Below, piece after piece: positions 36,823-46,755 of a stretch of DNA of 64,000 nucleotides. The notes below the pieces were generated by a model. The model did no database searches. It was given only the letters and a program-made list of their open reading frames with translations, and was not told the DNA's origin. Made by a program: the position numbers and the translations under genes. Source of the stretch: Noviherbaspirillum sp. (lineage in GTDB: Bacteria; Pseudomonadota; Gammaproteobacteria; Burkholderiales; Burkholderiaceae_D); the NCBI GenBank assembly GCA_035654275.1, contig DASRXG010000066.1, forward strand, positions 8,584 through 72,583, written 5' to 3'. How positions within the stretch are numbered: position 1 is the stretch's first letter; every line of letters starts with the position of its first letter.

Positions 36823-36850
36823 TTGACATTCTGCGGCATCCGCCTAGAAT
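36823..36850 (+). promoter_or_regulatory. sigma70 promoter of the quinone oxidoreductase gene
   Basis: TTGACA-N16-TAGAAT. Confidence 0.75.
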
Positions 36851-36867
36851 AAAACGATCGTTCTTTT
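36848..36867. promoter_or_regulatory. FadP-type (TetR family) operator
   Basis: AATAAAACGATCGTTCTTTT with palindromic core AACGATCGTT; fits the Burkholderiales FadP consensus as I recall it (AATNGWACGAYCGTKCKNWT) with one mismatch. Confidence 0.65.
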
Positions 36868-36897
36868 TTTATAAACCACAAACACAAAGGAGACACC

Positions 36898-37878
36898 ATG
36901 AAAGCAATCCTCTGCAAGTCCTGGGGATTACCCGATACGCTGGTTGTAGAGGAGTTACCTGACGTTGTGCCCGGTCCCGGTGAAGTAGCGATCGACGTAC
37001 AGGCGGCAGGCGTCAATTTTCCTGATGTCCTGATCATTCAAAACAAGTACCAGTTCAAGCCCGAACTCCCCTTCACACCGGGCAGCGAACTCGCGGGCGT
37101 GATTCGCTCGGTAGGCGAAGGAATCACACAGTTCAAACCCGGTGACAAGGTGCTGGCATTTGTCAGCCAGGGTGCATTCGCACAGCAAATCGCCGTACCG
37201 GCGAAGATGCTAATGCCGATGCCTCCCGGCCTCGACTTCGATACGGCTGCTGCCGTGACCCTCACCTACGGAACCTCGCATCATGCGGTAGTAGACCGCG
37301 CGCAGTTGAAAGCCGGCGAAACCATGCTCGTCCTTGGTGCTGCGGGTGGTGTCGGATTGGCAGCAATCGAGATTGGCAAGGCGCTCGGCGCTCGGGTCAT
37401 TGCCGCCGCATCCTCGGATGAAAAGCTCGCTGTATGCAAGCAGCACGGCGCAGATGCAACAATCAACTACAGCACACAAGACCTGCGTGAAGCCGTCAAG
37501 GAAGCAACCGGCGGCAAAGGGCCGGATGTCATTTACGATCCGGTAGGCGGCATTTATGCAGAACCGGCATTCCGCTCCATCGCATGGCGTGGGCGCTATC
37601 TGGTAATCGGATTCGCGAATGGCGATATTCCGAAGCTGCCGCTTAACCTGCCTTTGTTGAAAGGGGCTTCGATCGTTGGCGTATTCTGGGGCGAGTTTGC
37701 CAAGCGGGAGCCCAAGGCCAATATGGCAGCCATGCGTGAGCTGATGACATGGATGGCAGAGGGCAAGATCAAGCCGCATATTTCTGGCCGCTATGCCCTT
37801 GCCGACACACCACGCGCATTGAACGACATGGCTGCACGCAAAGTGACGGGCAAAGTGGTTATCCAACCGCAGAAGTAA
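36898..37878 (+). CDS. NADPH:quinone oxidoreductase family protein (zinc-free MDR)
   Basis: AAGVNFPD, PFTPGSELAG, GAAGGVGLAA; AGGAG RBS. Confidence 0.92.
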   Translation: MKAILCKSWGLPDTLVVEELPDVVPGPGEVAIDVQAAGVNFPDVLIIQNKYQFKPELPFTPGSELAGVIRSVGEGITQFKPGDKVLAFVSQGAFAQQIAVPAKMLMPMPPGLDFDTAAAVTLTYGTSHHAVVDRAQLKAGETMLVLGAAGGVGLAAIEIGKALGARVIAAASSDEKLAVCKQHGADATINYSTQDLREAVKEATGGKGPDVIYDPVGGIYAEPAFRSIAWRGRYLVIGFANGDIPKLPLNLPLLKGASIVGVFWGEFAKREPKANMAAMRELMTWMAEGKIKPHISGRYALADTPRALNDMAARKVTGKVVIQPQK

Positions 37879-37912
37879 AAACAGTGAACTTGCTGCCCAT
37901 CTCACCACTGCA

Positions 37913-37947
37913 CAAAGTTCTCCTGCATCGACGGTTGCAGGAGAACT
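37913..37947 (-). terminator. Hairpin between convergent genes, probable dinG terminator
   Basis: 12-bp stem AGTTCTCCTGCA-N8-TGCAGGAGAACT; short U tail on minus strand. Confidence 0.55.
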
Positions 37948-37982
37948 CCGGAAAATACCGCTAAGTGTCAGGCCGCTGGTTG

Positions 37983-40004
37983 TCAGGCCCCATTACTCGC
38001 GTTTGCCTCCACGTCCTTGAAGAATGCCTGTGCCACTGCGGCTTCACGAGTCCTCTTGAACGGCGGCAGGCTCTGCCATATCCGCCGGCCATAAGGTTTC
38101 GAGATCAGTCGCGGATCACAAATCATCAACACTCCTCGATCCCCTTCATCCCGGATCAACCGACCAGCGCCCTGCTTCAGGTTGATGATCGCCTCCGGCA
38201 ACTGGTGATGCACGAAGCCGTTCAGCCCCTTCTTCTCAAGCGCCTCGATGCGCGCAGCGAGGACCGGGTCGTCCGGTGGGGAAAAGGGTAGTTTGTCGAT
38301 GATGACCAGCGAGAGCGCTTCGCCCCGCACATCCACACCTTCCCAGAAACTCTGGCTTCCGATGAGCACCGCATTTCCCGCGGCGCGAAACCGGTCGAGC
38401 AGTTCCGTTCGCCCTGCTTCGCCCTGCACCATCAATGGGAAGGGCAATTTCCGCCTTTCGAACTCTTCGCGCAGTCGTTCGGCGGCTCGGTTCACGGCCC
38501 GCAGCGTGGTGCACAAAAAGAAGGCACGGCCGCCGGATGCTTCAATCATCGGCAGTGCCGCATCGATCACCGCATCCGTATAGTTGACGGCATTTGGCTG
38601 AGGGAGGTTATCTGGCACGTACAGCAGGCCCTGCTTGCCGTAATCGAAGGGGCTAGGCCAGGACTGCGCTGGCTCGTTCCACAACCCCATCTGCGAGGTG
38701 TAATGGTTGAAGTCGCTCTTCACTGCAAGCGTAGCCGAAGTAAAAATCCACGCCCGTGGCGAGCCCTCGCGCTGCTTGCTGAATATTGGTGCAATGGATA
38801 AAGGGGTCTGGTGCAGCTGCAGTGACGACGTGAAGGCCTCAACCCACAGCACGCGCTCCTGTCCTGGACCGACCTTGTCCAGATCGGTCGTTTGGGCACT
38901 GCCCCATGCTGCCAGCTTGTCCGCCAGCTCGATTGCCCGTGTGCGGCATTGCTCGATCGTTTCTGCACGCTCGGCCTGTTTCTCGAGCACTGCAATCATC
39001 GCGTGCAGTTCATCCTGCAATTTCTCCAGCGTCGGGAAAAATGCACTGGAGGGGGCAATCTGGCTGACTGAAAGGCGGACGATATCCTGCGGAAAAGCGA
39101 GACGCAAATCGCGGGCTGCACGTTCGACGGGTGCAACCAGCTTTGCCCAGTCCGCACCGTCGCGCGCATGCGCCAGTCCTTCGGCCAGTACGTCCCGGCA
39201 AAGCTCCAGTACCTGTGACGTCGACACTGTCTCGCCAAAGAAGAGCGTCGCTGTCTCCGGCAATTGATGCGCCTCGTCAAAGATGACCGTGTTCGCGGAA
39301 GGGAGCAGCTCGGCGACGCCGGTATCCTTGAGCGCAACGTCCGCAAAAAATAGATGATGGTTTACCACGACGACGTCTGCCTGCTGCGCTTCCTTGCGGG
39401 CCTTCATGACGAAACAGTCCTGGTAGTACTGGCACTCCGCACCAAGGCAGGTATCGCGCGTGGATGTCACGAGGTTCCATACCGGGGCCGACTCCGGCAC
39501 CCTGGACAGCTCCGCCTTGTCGCCGGAGTTGGTGGTTTTGATGAACCGGGATATCTCGCGCAGGTAACCGACGTCATCGCGCGAAGTCAATCGCCCATTC
39601 TGCAACGTGCGTTCCAGATGAAAGTGGCAAACGTAGTTCGCACGTCCTTTTAGAAGCGCAACCGATACCGGTGCCTGTAATGCTTTACGAACGGTCGGGA
39701 TGTCGCGCAGGTAAAGCTGGTCCTGCAGATTCTTGGTGCCGGTTGAAAGAATAACCTTACCGCCCCAAAGCAGCGCCGGGACGAGGTAAGCGAAGGTTTT
39801 GCCCGTACCCGTACCCGCTTCGGCAATGAGGGTTTGCTGGTTTGAAATCGCCGTCGCAATGGCCTTGGCCATCTCGGTTTGCGACTGACGCGGTCGAAAA
39901 CCTTTGACTGCCTGGCTAAGCGGCCCTTGGGCATCAAATAACTGCTCGATATCGGCGTCGCGGTTAATCTGCGGGGACGGCGGTGATGCTGTGTTGTCTG
40001 TCAA
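37983..40004 (-). CDS. DinG/YoaA family ATP-dependent DNA helicase
   Basis: EAGTGTGKT, KGRANYVC and CLGAECQYYQDC Fe-S cysteines, DEAH, KQGAGRLIR; TTG start. Confidence 0.93.
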   Translation of the reverse strand: MTDNTASPPSPQINRDADIEQLFDAQGPLSQAVKGFRPRQSQTEMAKAIATAISNQQTLIAEAGTGTGKTFAYLVPALLWGGKVILSTGTKNLQDQLYLRDIPTVRKALQAPVSVALLKGRANYVCHFHLERTLQNGRLTSRDDVGYLREISRFIKTTNSGDKAELSRVPESAPVWNLVTSTRDTCLGAECQYYQDCFVMKARKEAQQADVVVVNHHLFFADVALKDTGVAELLPSANTVIFDEAHQLPETATLFFGETVSTSQVLELCRDVLAEGLAHARDGADWAKLVAPVERAARDLRLAFPQDIVRLSVSQIAPSSAFFPTLEKLQDELHAMIAVLEKQAERAETIEQCRTRAIELADKLAAWGSAQTTDLDKVGPGQERVLWVEAFTSSLQLHQTPLSIAPIFSKQREGSPRAWIFTSATLAVKSDFNHYTSQMGLWNEPAQSWPSPFDYGKQGLLYVPDNLPQPNAVNYTDAVIDAALPMIEASGGRAFFLCTTLRAVNRAAERLREEFERRKLPFPLMVQGEAGRTELLDRFRAAGNAVLIGSQSFWEGVDVRGEALSLVIIDKLPFSPPDDPVLAARIEALEKKGLNGFVHHQLPEAIINLKQGAGRLIRDEGDRGVLMICDPRLISKPYGRRIWQSLPPFKRTREAAVAQAFFKDVEANASNGA

Positions 40005-40049
40005 AGCGGATGTCGATAAAGAGGATATGGGATCCCCTTTATCAAGAAA

Positions 40050-40250
40050 TTAGGCAGGGGCATCTGGAACGAGTTGCATCTTCAACAAGATTATATGATC
40101 CTTGAGCTGCAATTTACGCTTCTTCAAGCGCCGCAACTGGAGCTCGTCATGCAGCGCATCGCGGGTAAGGAGCTCAATTACCGCGTCAAGATCGCGATGC
40201 TCAACTTCCAGCTCAATTATTCTGCGCTGAATATCTTCGGTGGGAATCAT
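40050..40250 (-). CDS. YdcH/DUF465 family small protein
   Basis: EHRDLD..I...LRRLKKRKLQLKD, C-terminal PDAPA. Confidence 0.88.
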   Translation of the reverse strand: MIPTEDIQRRIIELEVEHRDLDAVIELLTRDALHDELQLRRLKKRKLQLKDHIILLKMQLVPDAPA

Positions 40251-40502
40251 AATTGGTTAAATCGATGCTATAAGCTATATTCTAAGAGCGAAACATAAGC
40301 ACGTATAGCGGGCAAGGAAGGTTCAACCATTTACCTTCAGTAAAAGGTAATTGTGAAGTGTACATGCAACAAGGCCGAATTTCGGGATGCATCGCTGAAT
40401 ACACTTCTTCGCTTCGCATATGTAACAAAGGTCTACAAAAAGAATTGCATAGTATTAAGCGTGCAATAATTTTGCCCCACATCAGGTTAAACGACCCAAC
40501 CT

Positions 40503-41309
40503 ATGAGTCATTACAAGATAGAAGCCGGCACAGGCCAACATATAGGTGACCGAAAGGAACAGCAGGATCGCGTAGCGCTCTTCGCTGCGCCAAGAGCTCC
40601 CGGCTATGTAATGGCAGTCGTCGCTGACGGCATGGGTGGATTAAGCGGCGGTGCGCTTGCGGCTGAACAGGTAATCCGCACCGCGAAACAAGCCTTTGAC
40701 TTGTTTTCACCGCAGACCGAAGACGTCGAAAAAATGCTGGTGGCAATTGCCCGTGATGCACATACCATCATTAAGCTGACGGCCATTTCTTCCGAGAAGA
40801 AACCGCATAGCACACTCGTCATCCTCGTCATCACACCGGACAGGCGCGCTGTCTGGGCCCATGTCGGCGATTCGCGCTTATATCGCTTTGATGGCCCGAA
40901 CTTTGCGGAACGAACAATCGATCACTCGTACGTCGAAATGCTCGTTAAGGAAGGCAAGCTTTCTCGTGAAGAGGCTCAGCACCACCATCTGTCGAACGTC
41001 TTGGTCAGTGCGCTCGGCTCGCATGATAATGAACCTCAAGTGAGCCTGCGCCGCTATGACGGACTCAAGGTAGGCGACTCGTTCTTACTCTGCTCGGACG
41101 GTCTTTGGCACTATTTCACCGATGCGGAACTCGGCGTAGCCATCGCAATGAATACGCCACGCCAGGCATCGGAGTTCCTGATCAACAAGGCACGCGAGCG
41201 TGCTGTGGATGGTACAGGCGACAACTGCACATTGGCGATTGTAAAGGTCGTTGAACCGCCGCAGGAAACCAAGGATTACACCGCAAACAAAATGAAGCGT
41301 GCAGTATAG
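40503..41309 (+). CDS. PP2C/PPM family Ser/Thr phosphatase
   Basis: R..QQD, VADGMGG, HVGDSRLY, DHS, LLCSDGL, GDNCT. Confidence 0.93.
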   Translation: MSHYKIEAGTGQHIGDRKEQQDRVALFAAPRAPGYVMAVVADGMGGLSGGALAAEQVIRTAKQAFDLFSPQTEDVEKMLVAIARDAHTIIKLTAISSEKKPHSTLVILVITPDRRAVWAHVGDSRLYRFDGPNFAERTIDHSYVEMLVKEGKLSREEAQHHHLSNVLVSALGSHDNEPQVSLRRYDGLKVGDSFLLCSDGLWHYFTDAELGVAIAMNTPRQASEFLINKARERAVDGTGDNCTLAIVKVVEPPQETKDYTANKMKRAV

Positions 41310-41425
41310 GAAAGACAAGCTGAAGAAGCGCTTGATGTAGCACTGAACGTTGGGCGCTTCGGACAAACGTCCAAAGGTGGATAGCGAGGCGATTCCTGAA
41401 CCCGCCAAGCCGTGCGAACGCGGGT

Positions 41426-42193
41426 TTATTGCCCCGTAGGCTCAATGGCCTGCTGAGACGCCTGCTTTGCACGCTGCTTTGCTTCCTTTTTTGCTTTTCT
41501 TTCAGCGATTTTTCGTTGCCTTTCCTGCGCCGCCTTTACTTTCTTCTCGTAGTCCGCAACCTTCTCGGCACGCCGCTTCTCGCCAGCCTGCTCTTCCTGT
41601 TGCAAGCGCTTCATTTTTCCTTCGTGTTCGGCTACGCGGTCAGGAAAAACTGCCGGGGCACTACGTTCAATATTGCGTTTCTCGGGTTGAGGGGCATCCG
41701 TCGGTCCCGAGGGTTTCTCCTGCAAAGCACGTTCCCTCTCCAAGCGGTCGGCTTCCGCCCGTGCCTGCCGTTCCGCCACGGCCTTATCCCGTTCCTGAGC
41801 CCGGTCCTGCCGCTTGAATGCATTCGCCTCAAGTTCCACTTTGCGCAATCTCGCGAGCGCCTGGCGTCGACGCTCTTTCGCTTTCTCGACGCATGATGTA
41901 GTAAAAAATTTGGGATGGCATGCCTGCTCTTCCGCTGAGAAACGCGCCTCGATTGCGGCGCGCTCCCGGCCGACGTCTGCCAATGCTGCATCAGCCGTCT
42001 CTACTGTTTTGATCGAACCAGCCGGATAGCGCTCAACGATAGCCGTTGATGCGACTTTCGAAGCGACTTCTGGTGGCGTCTGTTGCGCGGTCGCCGAAGT
42101 TGAGTGCAATGCGACGATCCATGCAACAAGCAAGATGTGGCGGCTCGCAGAAGCAAAGCCCTTCTTGCGTTCAGTTCGGCATGTATAAGTCAT
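41426..42193 (-). CDS. Hypothetical exported coiled-coil protein
   Basis: Signal-like segment ending ATA-QQ, C-x8-C pair (CHPKFFTTSC), charged helical remainder; fills the gap after zapE. Confidence 0.7.
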   Translation of the reverse strand: MTYTCRTERKKGFASASRHILLVAWIVALHSTSATAQQTPPEVASKVASTAIVERYPAGSIKTVETADAALADVGRERAAIEARFSAEEQACHPKFFTTSCVEKAKERRRQALARLRKVELEANAFKRQDRAQERDKAVAERQARAEADRLERERALQEKPSGPTDAPQPEKRNIERSAPAVFPDRVAEHEGKMKRLQQEEQAGEKRRAEKVADYEKKVKAAQERQRKIAERKAKKEAKQRAKQASQQAIEPTGQ

Positions 42194-42222
42194 TGGGCAG
42201 GATGGGAAAGGAAATTGTCGGA

Positions 42223-43320
42223 TCAGGCGATGGACTCTGCGACGTCGCGCCTTTCGCTTTGCATGTACTCGGATGACTGCATTTCGATGATGCGCGATAC
42301 TGTTCGGTGAAATTCATTGGAGAGCACACCCTCTGTATACAACTTTTCCGGCTCCACTTCCGCTGACATCAAAAGCTTGACCTTGTGATCGTACAGAACG
42401 TCGACAAGCCAGGTAAAGCGACGCGCCTCGGATGACATGGCCGCTGACATACATGGGACGCCGGACAGAATGACCGTGTGAAAACGGCTGGAAATCTCGA
42501 GATAGTCGTTCTGTGAACGCGGCCCGCCGCACAGGGTTGCGAAATCGAACCACACAACGCCGCCTGCGCGGCGCAAGGCCCTGATTTCGCGCGACTCGAT
42601 GTGAATATGTGGATCCTCGTCTGCTGTTTCGGCAATGCTTGCAAACGCTTTGCGCAACGCATGGTCCGCCGCGGCACCAAGTGGCGTGTGGTACGCCTCC
42701 ACCTGTTCAAGCGCTCTCTTGCGGTAATCCAGTCCGGCATCCACGTTCAGGACATCAAGTTTCTCCTTCAGCAGGGCAATGGCCGGCAGAATACGATCGC
42801 GATGCAACCCATCCGGATAGAGTGTGTCGGGCGCGTAGTTCGACGTCATGATGAACGAGACACCGTTGTCGAACAAGGCCTTGAGGAGGTTGTACAGAAT
42901 CATTGCATCGGCGATATCCGAAACATGGAACTCGTCGAAGCAAATCAGACGGTACTTCTTCGCAATGCGCCGAGCAACCTCGTCGAGCGGGTCGGCAACG
43001 CCCTTCAACTCGTCGAGCTGGCGATGAACACCCCGCATGAACTCATGGAAGTGGAGGCGCGTTTTGCGAACGACCGGAACGACGGAATAGAAGCTGTCCA
43101 TCAGGAATGACTTGCCGCGCCCAACACCTCCCCACATGTAAACTCCACGAGGGACTTCCGGGCGATTGATCAGCTTCTTGAGCTTACTGGACCGTCTCGC
43201 CTTGTATGCGCGCCAGTCTTCGTATGCCTGCTGCAGGCGCTCGACTGCGCGAAGCTGTGCCTCATCGGACTTGTACCCGCGCTGCGCCAGCGCATGCTCA
43301 TAGAACTCCCTTACGTTCAT
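42223..43320 (-). CDS. zapE: Cell division ATPase ZapE (AFG1 family)
   Basis: GGVGRGKS, RLHFHEFM, FDEFHVSDIADAMIL, RTVSRIIEMQS. Confidence 0.94.
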   Translation of the reverse strand: MNVREFYEHALAQRGYKSDEAQLRAVERLQQAYEDWRAYKARRSSKLKKLINRPEVPRGVYMWGGVGRGKSFLMDSFYSVVPVVRKTRLHFHEFMRGVHRQLDELKGVADPLDEVARRIAKKYRLICFDEFHVSDIADAMILYNLLKALFDNGVSFIMTSNYAPDTLYPDGLHRDRILPAIALLKEKLDVLNVDAGLDYRKRALEQVEAYHTPLGAAADHALRKAFASIAETADEDPHIHIESREIRALRRAGGVVWFDFATLCGGPRSQNDYLEISSRFHTVILSGVPCMSAAMSSEARRFTWLVDVLYDHKVKLLMSAEVEPEKLYTEGVLSNEFHRTVSRIIEMQSSEYMQSERRDVAESIA

Positions 43321-43389
43321 ATCGTATTTTCAACCGTTGCTACCATTGCAATCACTGATGGAGTGAAGGCCATCCTGCAAAAGAGACAT

Positions 43390-43415
43390 AAAAACGGGCG
43401 AGTCATGCTCGCCCG
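43390..43415 (-). terminator. Intrinsic terminator after lpdA and the lipoprotein gene
   Basis: CGGGCGAG-N5-CTCGCCCG followed by TTTTT on minus strand. Confidence 0.75.
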
Positions 43416-43517
43416 CAGTATGCTGAACCACCAACCCCGAGGACAATCGTTACAGATTATGCCTTGTTTAAAGTGCTGATGCGTTTCGATGGTGTCTTTA
43501 CGTGACAGGAAATGCGC

Positions 43518-43916
43518 TCACAGGGGATTCAGATCGACCGTGACCCGCGAGGGATAGGTGCCGCCGCCAAGACTGATTGGAAAGCTCAAGCCAACTCCGA
43601 CTCCGACATTGCCCCCGCCGCCACCCACGCCAAGGCCGACGCTAGATCCAAATGGACTGGACGGCCGGAAGACCATTTCGGACGTACGGTAGCCATCCTT
43701 CTGGCAAACCACGCGCAAGTCACCGCTCGCGCTGCCGATATTGACCGATCCCGGTGTTGTCACATTCCAGCTGCCTGCATTAGTGCTGACAGCGCAGTTA
43801 GCACCAGCGACTGCTTGGCCGCGCGACGTCGTCTCGATGGCGATGTTGCCACCACTCGATCCCGTCGTCGCACATGCTGCAAGCGCAAGTGGCAGTAACA
43901 GGATCAAGTGGCGCAT
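43518..43916 (-). CDS. Hypothetical lipoprotein with Gly-rich segment
   Basis: Lipobox LAAC, GGGAG RBS, starts 15 bp after lpdA stop. Confidence 0.8.
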   Translation of the reverse strand: MRHLILLLPLALAACATTGSSGGNIAIETTSRGQAVAGANCAVSTNAGSWNVTTPGSVNIGSASGDLRVVCQKDGYRTSEMVFRPSSPFGSSVGLGVGGGGGNVGVGVGLSFPISLGGGTYPSRVTVDLNPL

Positions 43917-43931
43917 GACTACTCCCGGGAG

Positions 43932-45359
43932 TTAGAAGTTGAGCGAACGCTTGTCGACCGCAAGAGCGGCTTCCTTGGTTGCTTCCGACAACGACGGATG
44001 AGCATGGCAAATCCGTGCGATGTCTTCCGCAGATGCACGGAATTCCATTGCCACGACCGCTTCCGAAATCAGCTCGGATGCCATCGGGCCGATGATATGC
44101 ACGCCGAGGATTTCATCACTCTTGGCATCAGCCAGGAACTTCACCATACCCGACGTATCGCCAAGTGCACGAGCGCGACCATTTGCCATGAATGGGAAAG
44201 TACCCGCCTTGTACGCAACGCCTTCAGCCTTCAGCTGCTGCTCGGTTTTGCCGACCCAGGCGATTTCCGGCGACGTATATATGACCCATGGAATTGTATT
44301 GAAGTTCACATGGCCATGCTGGCCTGCAATACGTTCCGCAACGGCAACACCCTCTTCCTCTGCCTTGTGGGCAAGCATCGGACCGCGAACCACGTCGCCC
44401 ACTGCCCAGACATTCGGCAGGTTCGTCTTGCAGTCGCCGTCAACCACGATGAAGCCTCGCTCGTCGGTCTTGAGTCCCACGGCTTCCGCGTTCAGGCCGA
44501 TGGTATTCGGAACGCGACCGATGGAGACGATCAACTTGTCGAACACGACCTTTTGCGCATTGCCCTTGTCGTCGGTGTATTCAACGGTGACATCTTTCTT
44601 GCCGGGAGTAATCGCTCCGATTTTTACGCCGAGGCTGATCGCCAGACCCTGCTTGGTAAACAGCTTGTGCGCTTCCTTGGCGATCTGATCGTCGACAGCA
44701 CCGAGGAAGGCCGGCAATGCTTCGAGCACGGTGACTTCTGCACCGAGGCGGCGCCACACACTGCCCATCTCCAGACCGATAACACCTGCGCCGATCACGC
44801 CAAGTTTCTTCGGCACGGCGTCGATTGCGAGTGCACCGGTATTGGACAGGATCAGTTTTTCGTCAAACGCTGCGTTCGGCAATGCACGCGGGTTGGAGCC
44901 GGTAGCGACAACGATGTGTTTGCCGGTAATTACCTCTTCCGTTGCCCCCGCAACCTTGATTTCGTAACCTTCTGCGCCGGCCTTCACGAACGAACCACGG
45001 CCGTGGAAGAACGTCACCTTGTTCTTCTTGAACAGGTACAGGATGCCGTCGTTGTTCTGCTTGACGATGGTGTTCTTACGGGCCAGCATTTGGCCGACAT
45101 TCATGCCGAGGCCTTTAACCTCAATGCCATGATCGGCAAAAGCGTGGCCGGCATGCTCATAGTGTTCGGACGATTGCAGCAGCGCCTTGGACGGAATGCA
45201 GCCGACGTTGGTGCACGTGCCGCCAGGTGCCGGGCCATTCTTCTCATTCTTCCATTCGTCGATACAGGCCGTATTGAAACCCAGCTGTGCAGCGCGAATC
45301 GCTGCGATATAGCCACCGGGGCCGCCGCCGATGACAACCACATCAAAATTTTTCGCCAT
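43932..45359 (-). CDS. lpdA: Dihydrolipoamide dehydrogenase (E3)
   Basis: [28 protein letters not shown]. Confidence 0.98.
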   Translation of the reverse strand: MAKNFDVVVIGGGPGGYIAAIRAAQLGFNTACIDEWKNEKNGPAPGGTCTNVGCIPSKALLQSSEHYEHAGHAFADHGIEVKGLGMNVGQMLARKNTIVKQNNDGILYLFKKNKVTFFHGRGSFVKAGAEGYEIKVAGATEEVITGKHIVVATGSNPRALPNAAFDEKLILSNTGALAIDAVPKKLGVIGAGVIGLEMGSVWRRLGAEVTVLEALPAFLGAVDDQIAKEAHKLFTKQGLAISLGVKIGAITPGKKDVTVEYTDDKGNAQKVVFDKLIVSIGRVPNTIGLNAEAVGLKTDERGFIVVDGDCKTNLPNVWAVGDVVRGPMLAHKAEEEGVAVAERIAGQHGHVNFNTIPWVIYTSPEIAWVGKTEQQLKAEGVAYKAGTFPFMANGRARALGDTSGMVKFLADAKSDEILGVHIIGPMASELISEAVVAMEFRASAEDIARICHAHPSLSEATKEAALAVDKRSLNF

Positions 45360-45450
45360 TTTCGTAACCTAGTTTTTCCGCAGAATAGACAACGCTCACG
45401 GAGCTGGATTCCTCCGTACTCCGTGAGCGTGTGACTTCAGATCATTTCTC

Positions 45451-46695
45451 TTACAGGTCCAGCAACAGGCGCGCCGGATCTTCCAGCGCTTCCTTCATTG
45501 CGACCAGACCAAGGACGGCTTCGCGGCCGTCGATGATGCGATGGTCGTAGGACATCGCCAGATAGTTCATCGGGCGAATCACGATCTGGCCGTTTTCGAC
45601 GACGGCACGATCCTTGGTTGCATGGACGCCGAGAATAGCGGATTGTGGCGGGTTGATGATCGGGGTGGACAGCATGGAACCGAACACACCACCATTAGAG
45701 ATGGAGAAGGTGCCTCCAGTCAGTTCTTCCAGAGTCAGCTTGCCGTCCTTTGCCTTCACGCCGAATTCGGCGATCTTCTTCTCGATCTCGGCAATCGTCA
45801 TCTGGTCCACGTCACGCAGGATAGGCACAACGAGGCCGCGCGGCGAGCCGACGGCGATACCGATGTCGAAGTAGCCGTGATAGACGATGTCATTGCCGTC
45901 CACGGAAGCGTTCAGGATCGGGTATTTCTTCAACGCAGCAACGGCAGCCTTGACGAAGAACGACATGAAGCCAAGCTTGACGCCGTGCTCCTTCTCGAAC
46001 TTGTCCTTGTACTTGTTGCGCAAGTCCATCACCGGCTGCATGTTCACTTCATTGAACGTGGTCAGGATGGCGTTGGTCGCTTGCGACTGCAGCAGGCGTT
46101 CGGCGATACGTGCGCGCAAGCGGCTCATCGGCACACGCTCTTCCGGACGATTCGCCAAATTCGGGCTGACCGGCGCGGCGACCTGTTGAAGTGCGGGTTT
46201 CGGTGCAGCAGCCGGTGCCGGAGCGGCAGGCTTGTTCTGCAGCGCATTGATCACGTCGCCCTTGGTAACGCGACCATCCTTGCCAGAACCAGCCACTTGG
46301 CCAGCCGACATGTTGTTGTCTGCGAGCATTTTCGCGGCTGCAGGCATCGCAATGCCGGCCGCTGCGCTGGAAGCTGCAGGTGCAGGTGCCGCGGCAGCTG
46401 GTGCTGGTGCCGGAGCTGCGGCTGCAGCTGGTGCTGCAACAGCGCCTGCAGTGGCTTCAGTGTCGAGCTTGGCAATGACTTCACCGGCAACGACGGTGCT
46501 GCCATCACCCTTGATGACTTCGACGATTACGCCAGCATCAGGAGCCGGCAGTTCAAGCACGACCTTGTCGGTCTCGATGTCGATCAGGTTTTCATCACGG
46601 GCGACTGCTTCGCCCACTTTCTTGTGCCATTGCAGCAGGGTTGCTTCTGCGACGGATTCCGACAACTGCGGAACTTTCACTTCGATAATTGCCAT
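45451..46695 (-). CDS. sucB: 2-oxoglutarate dehydrogenase E2, dihydrolipoyl succinyltransferase
   Basis: Lipoyl motif [22 protein letters not shown]. Confidence 0.98.
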   Translation of the reverse strand: MAIIEVKVPQLSESVAEATLLQWHKKVGEAVARDENLIDIETDKVVLELPAPDAGVIVEVIKGDGSTVVAGEVIAKLDTEATAGAVAAPAAAAAPAPAPAAAAPAPAASSAAAGIAMPAAAKMLADNNMSAGQVAGSGKDGRVTKGDVINALQNKPAAPAPAAAPKPALQQVAAPVSPNLANRPEERVPMSRLRARIAERLLQSQATNAILTTFNEVNMQPVMDLRNKYKDKFEKEHGVKLGFMSFFVKAAVAALKKYPILNASVDGNDIVYHGYFDIGIAVGSPRGLVVPILRDVDQMTIAEIEKKIAEFGVKAKDGKLTLEELTGGTFSISNGGVFGSMLSTPIINPPQSAILGVHATKDRAVVENGQIVIRPMNYLAMSYDHRIIDGREAVLGLVAMKEALEDPARLLLDL

Positions 46696-46755
46696 GTAAC
46701 TCTCCGTTTCGGGTTGTTCGTGCGGCGCGCCAGCTTCTAGCGCGCCGTCGGGTCT

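Noticed and set aside
46330-46460. Ala/Pro-rich repetitive DNA in sucB
   Set aside because: Normal flexible linker of E2 subunits
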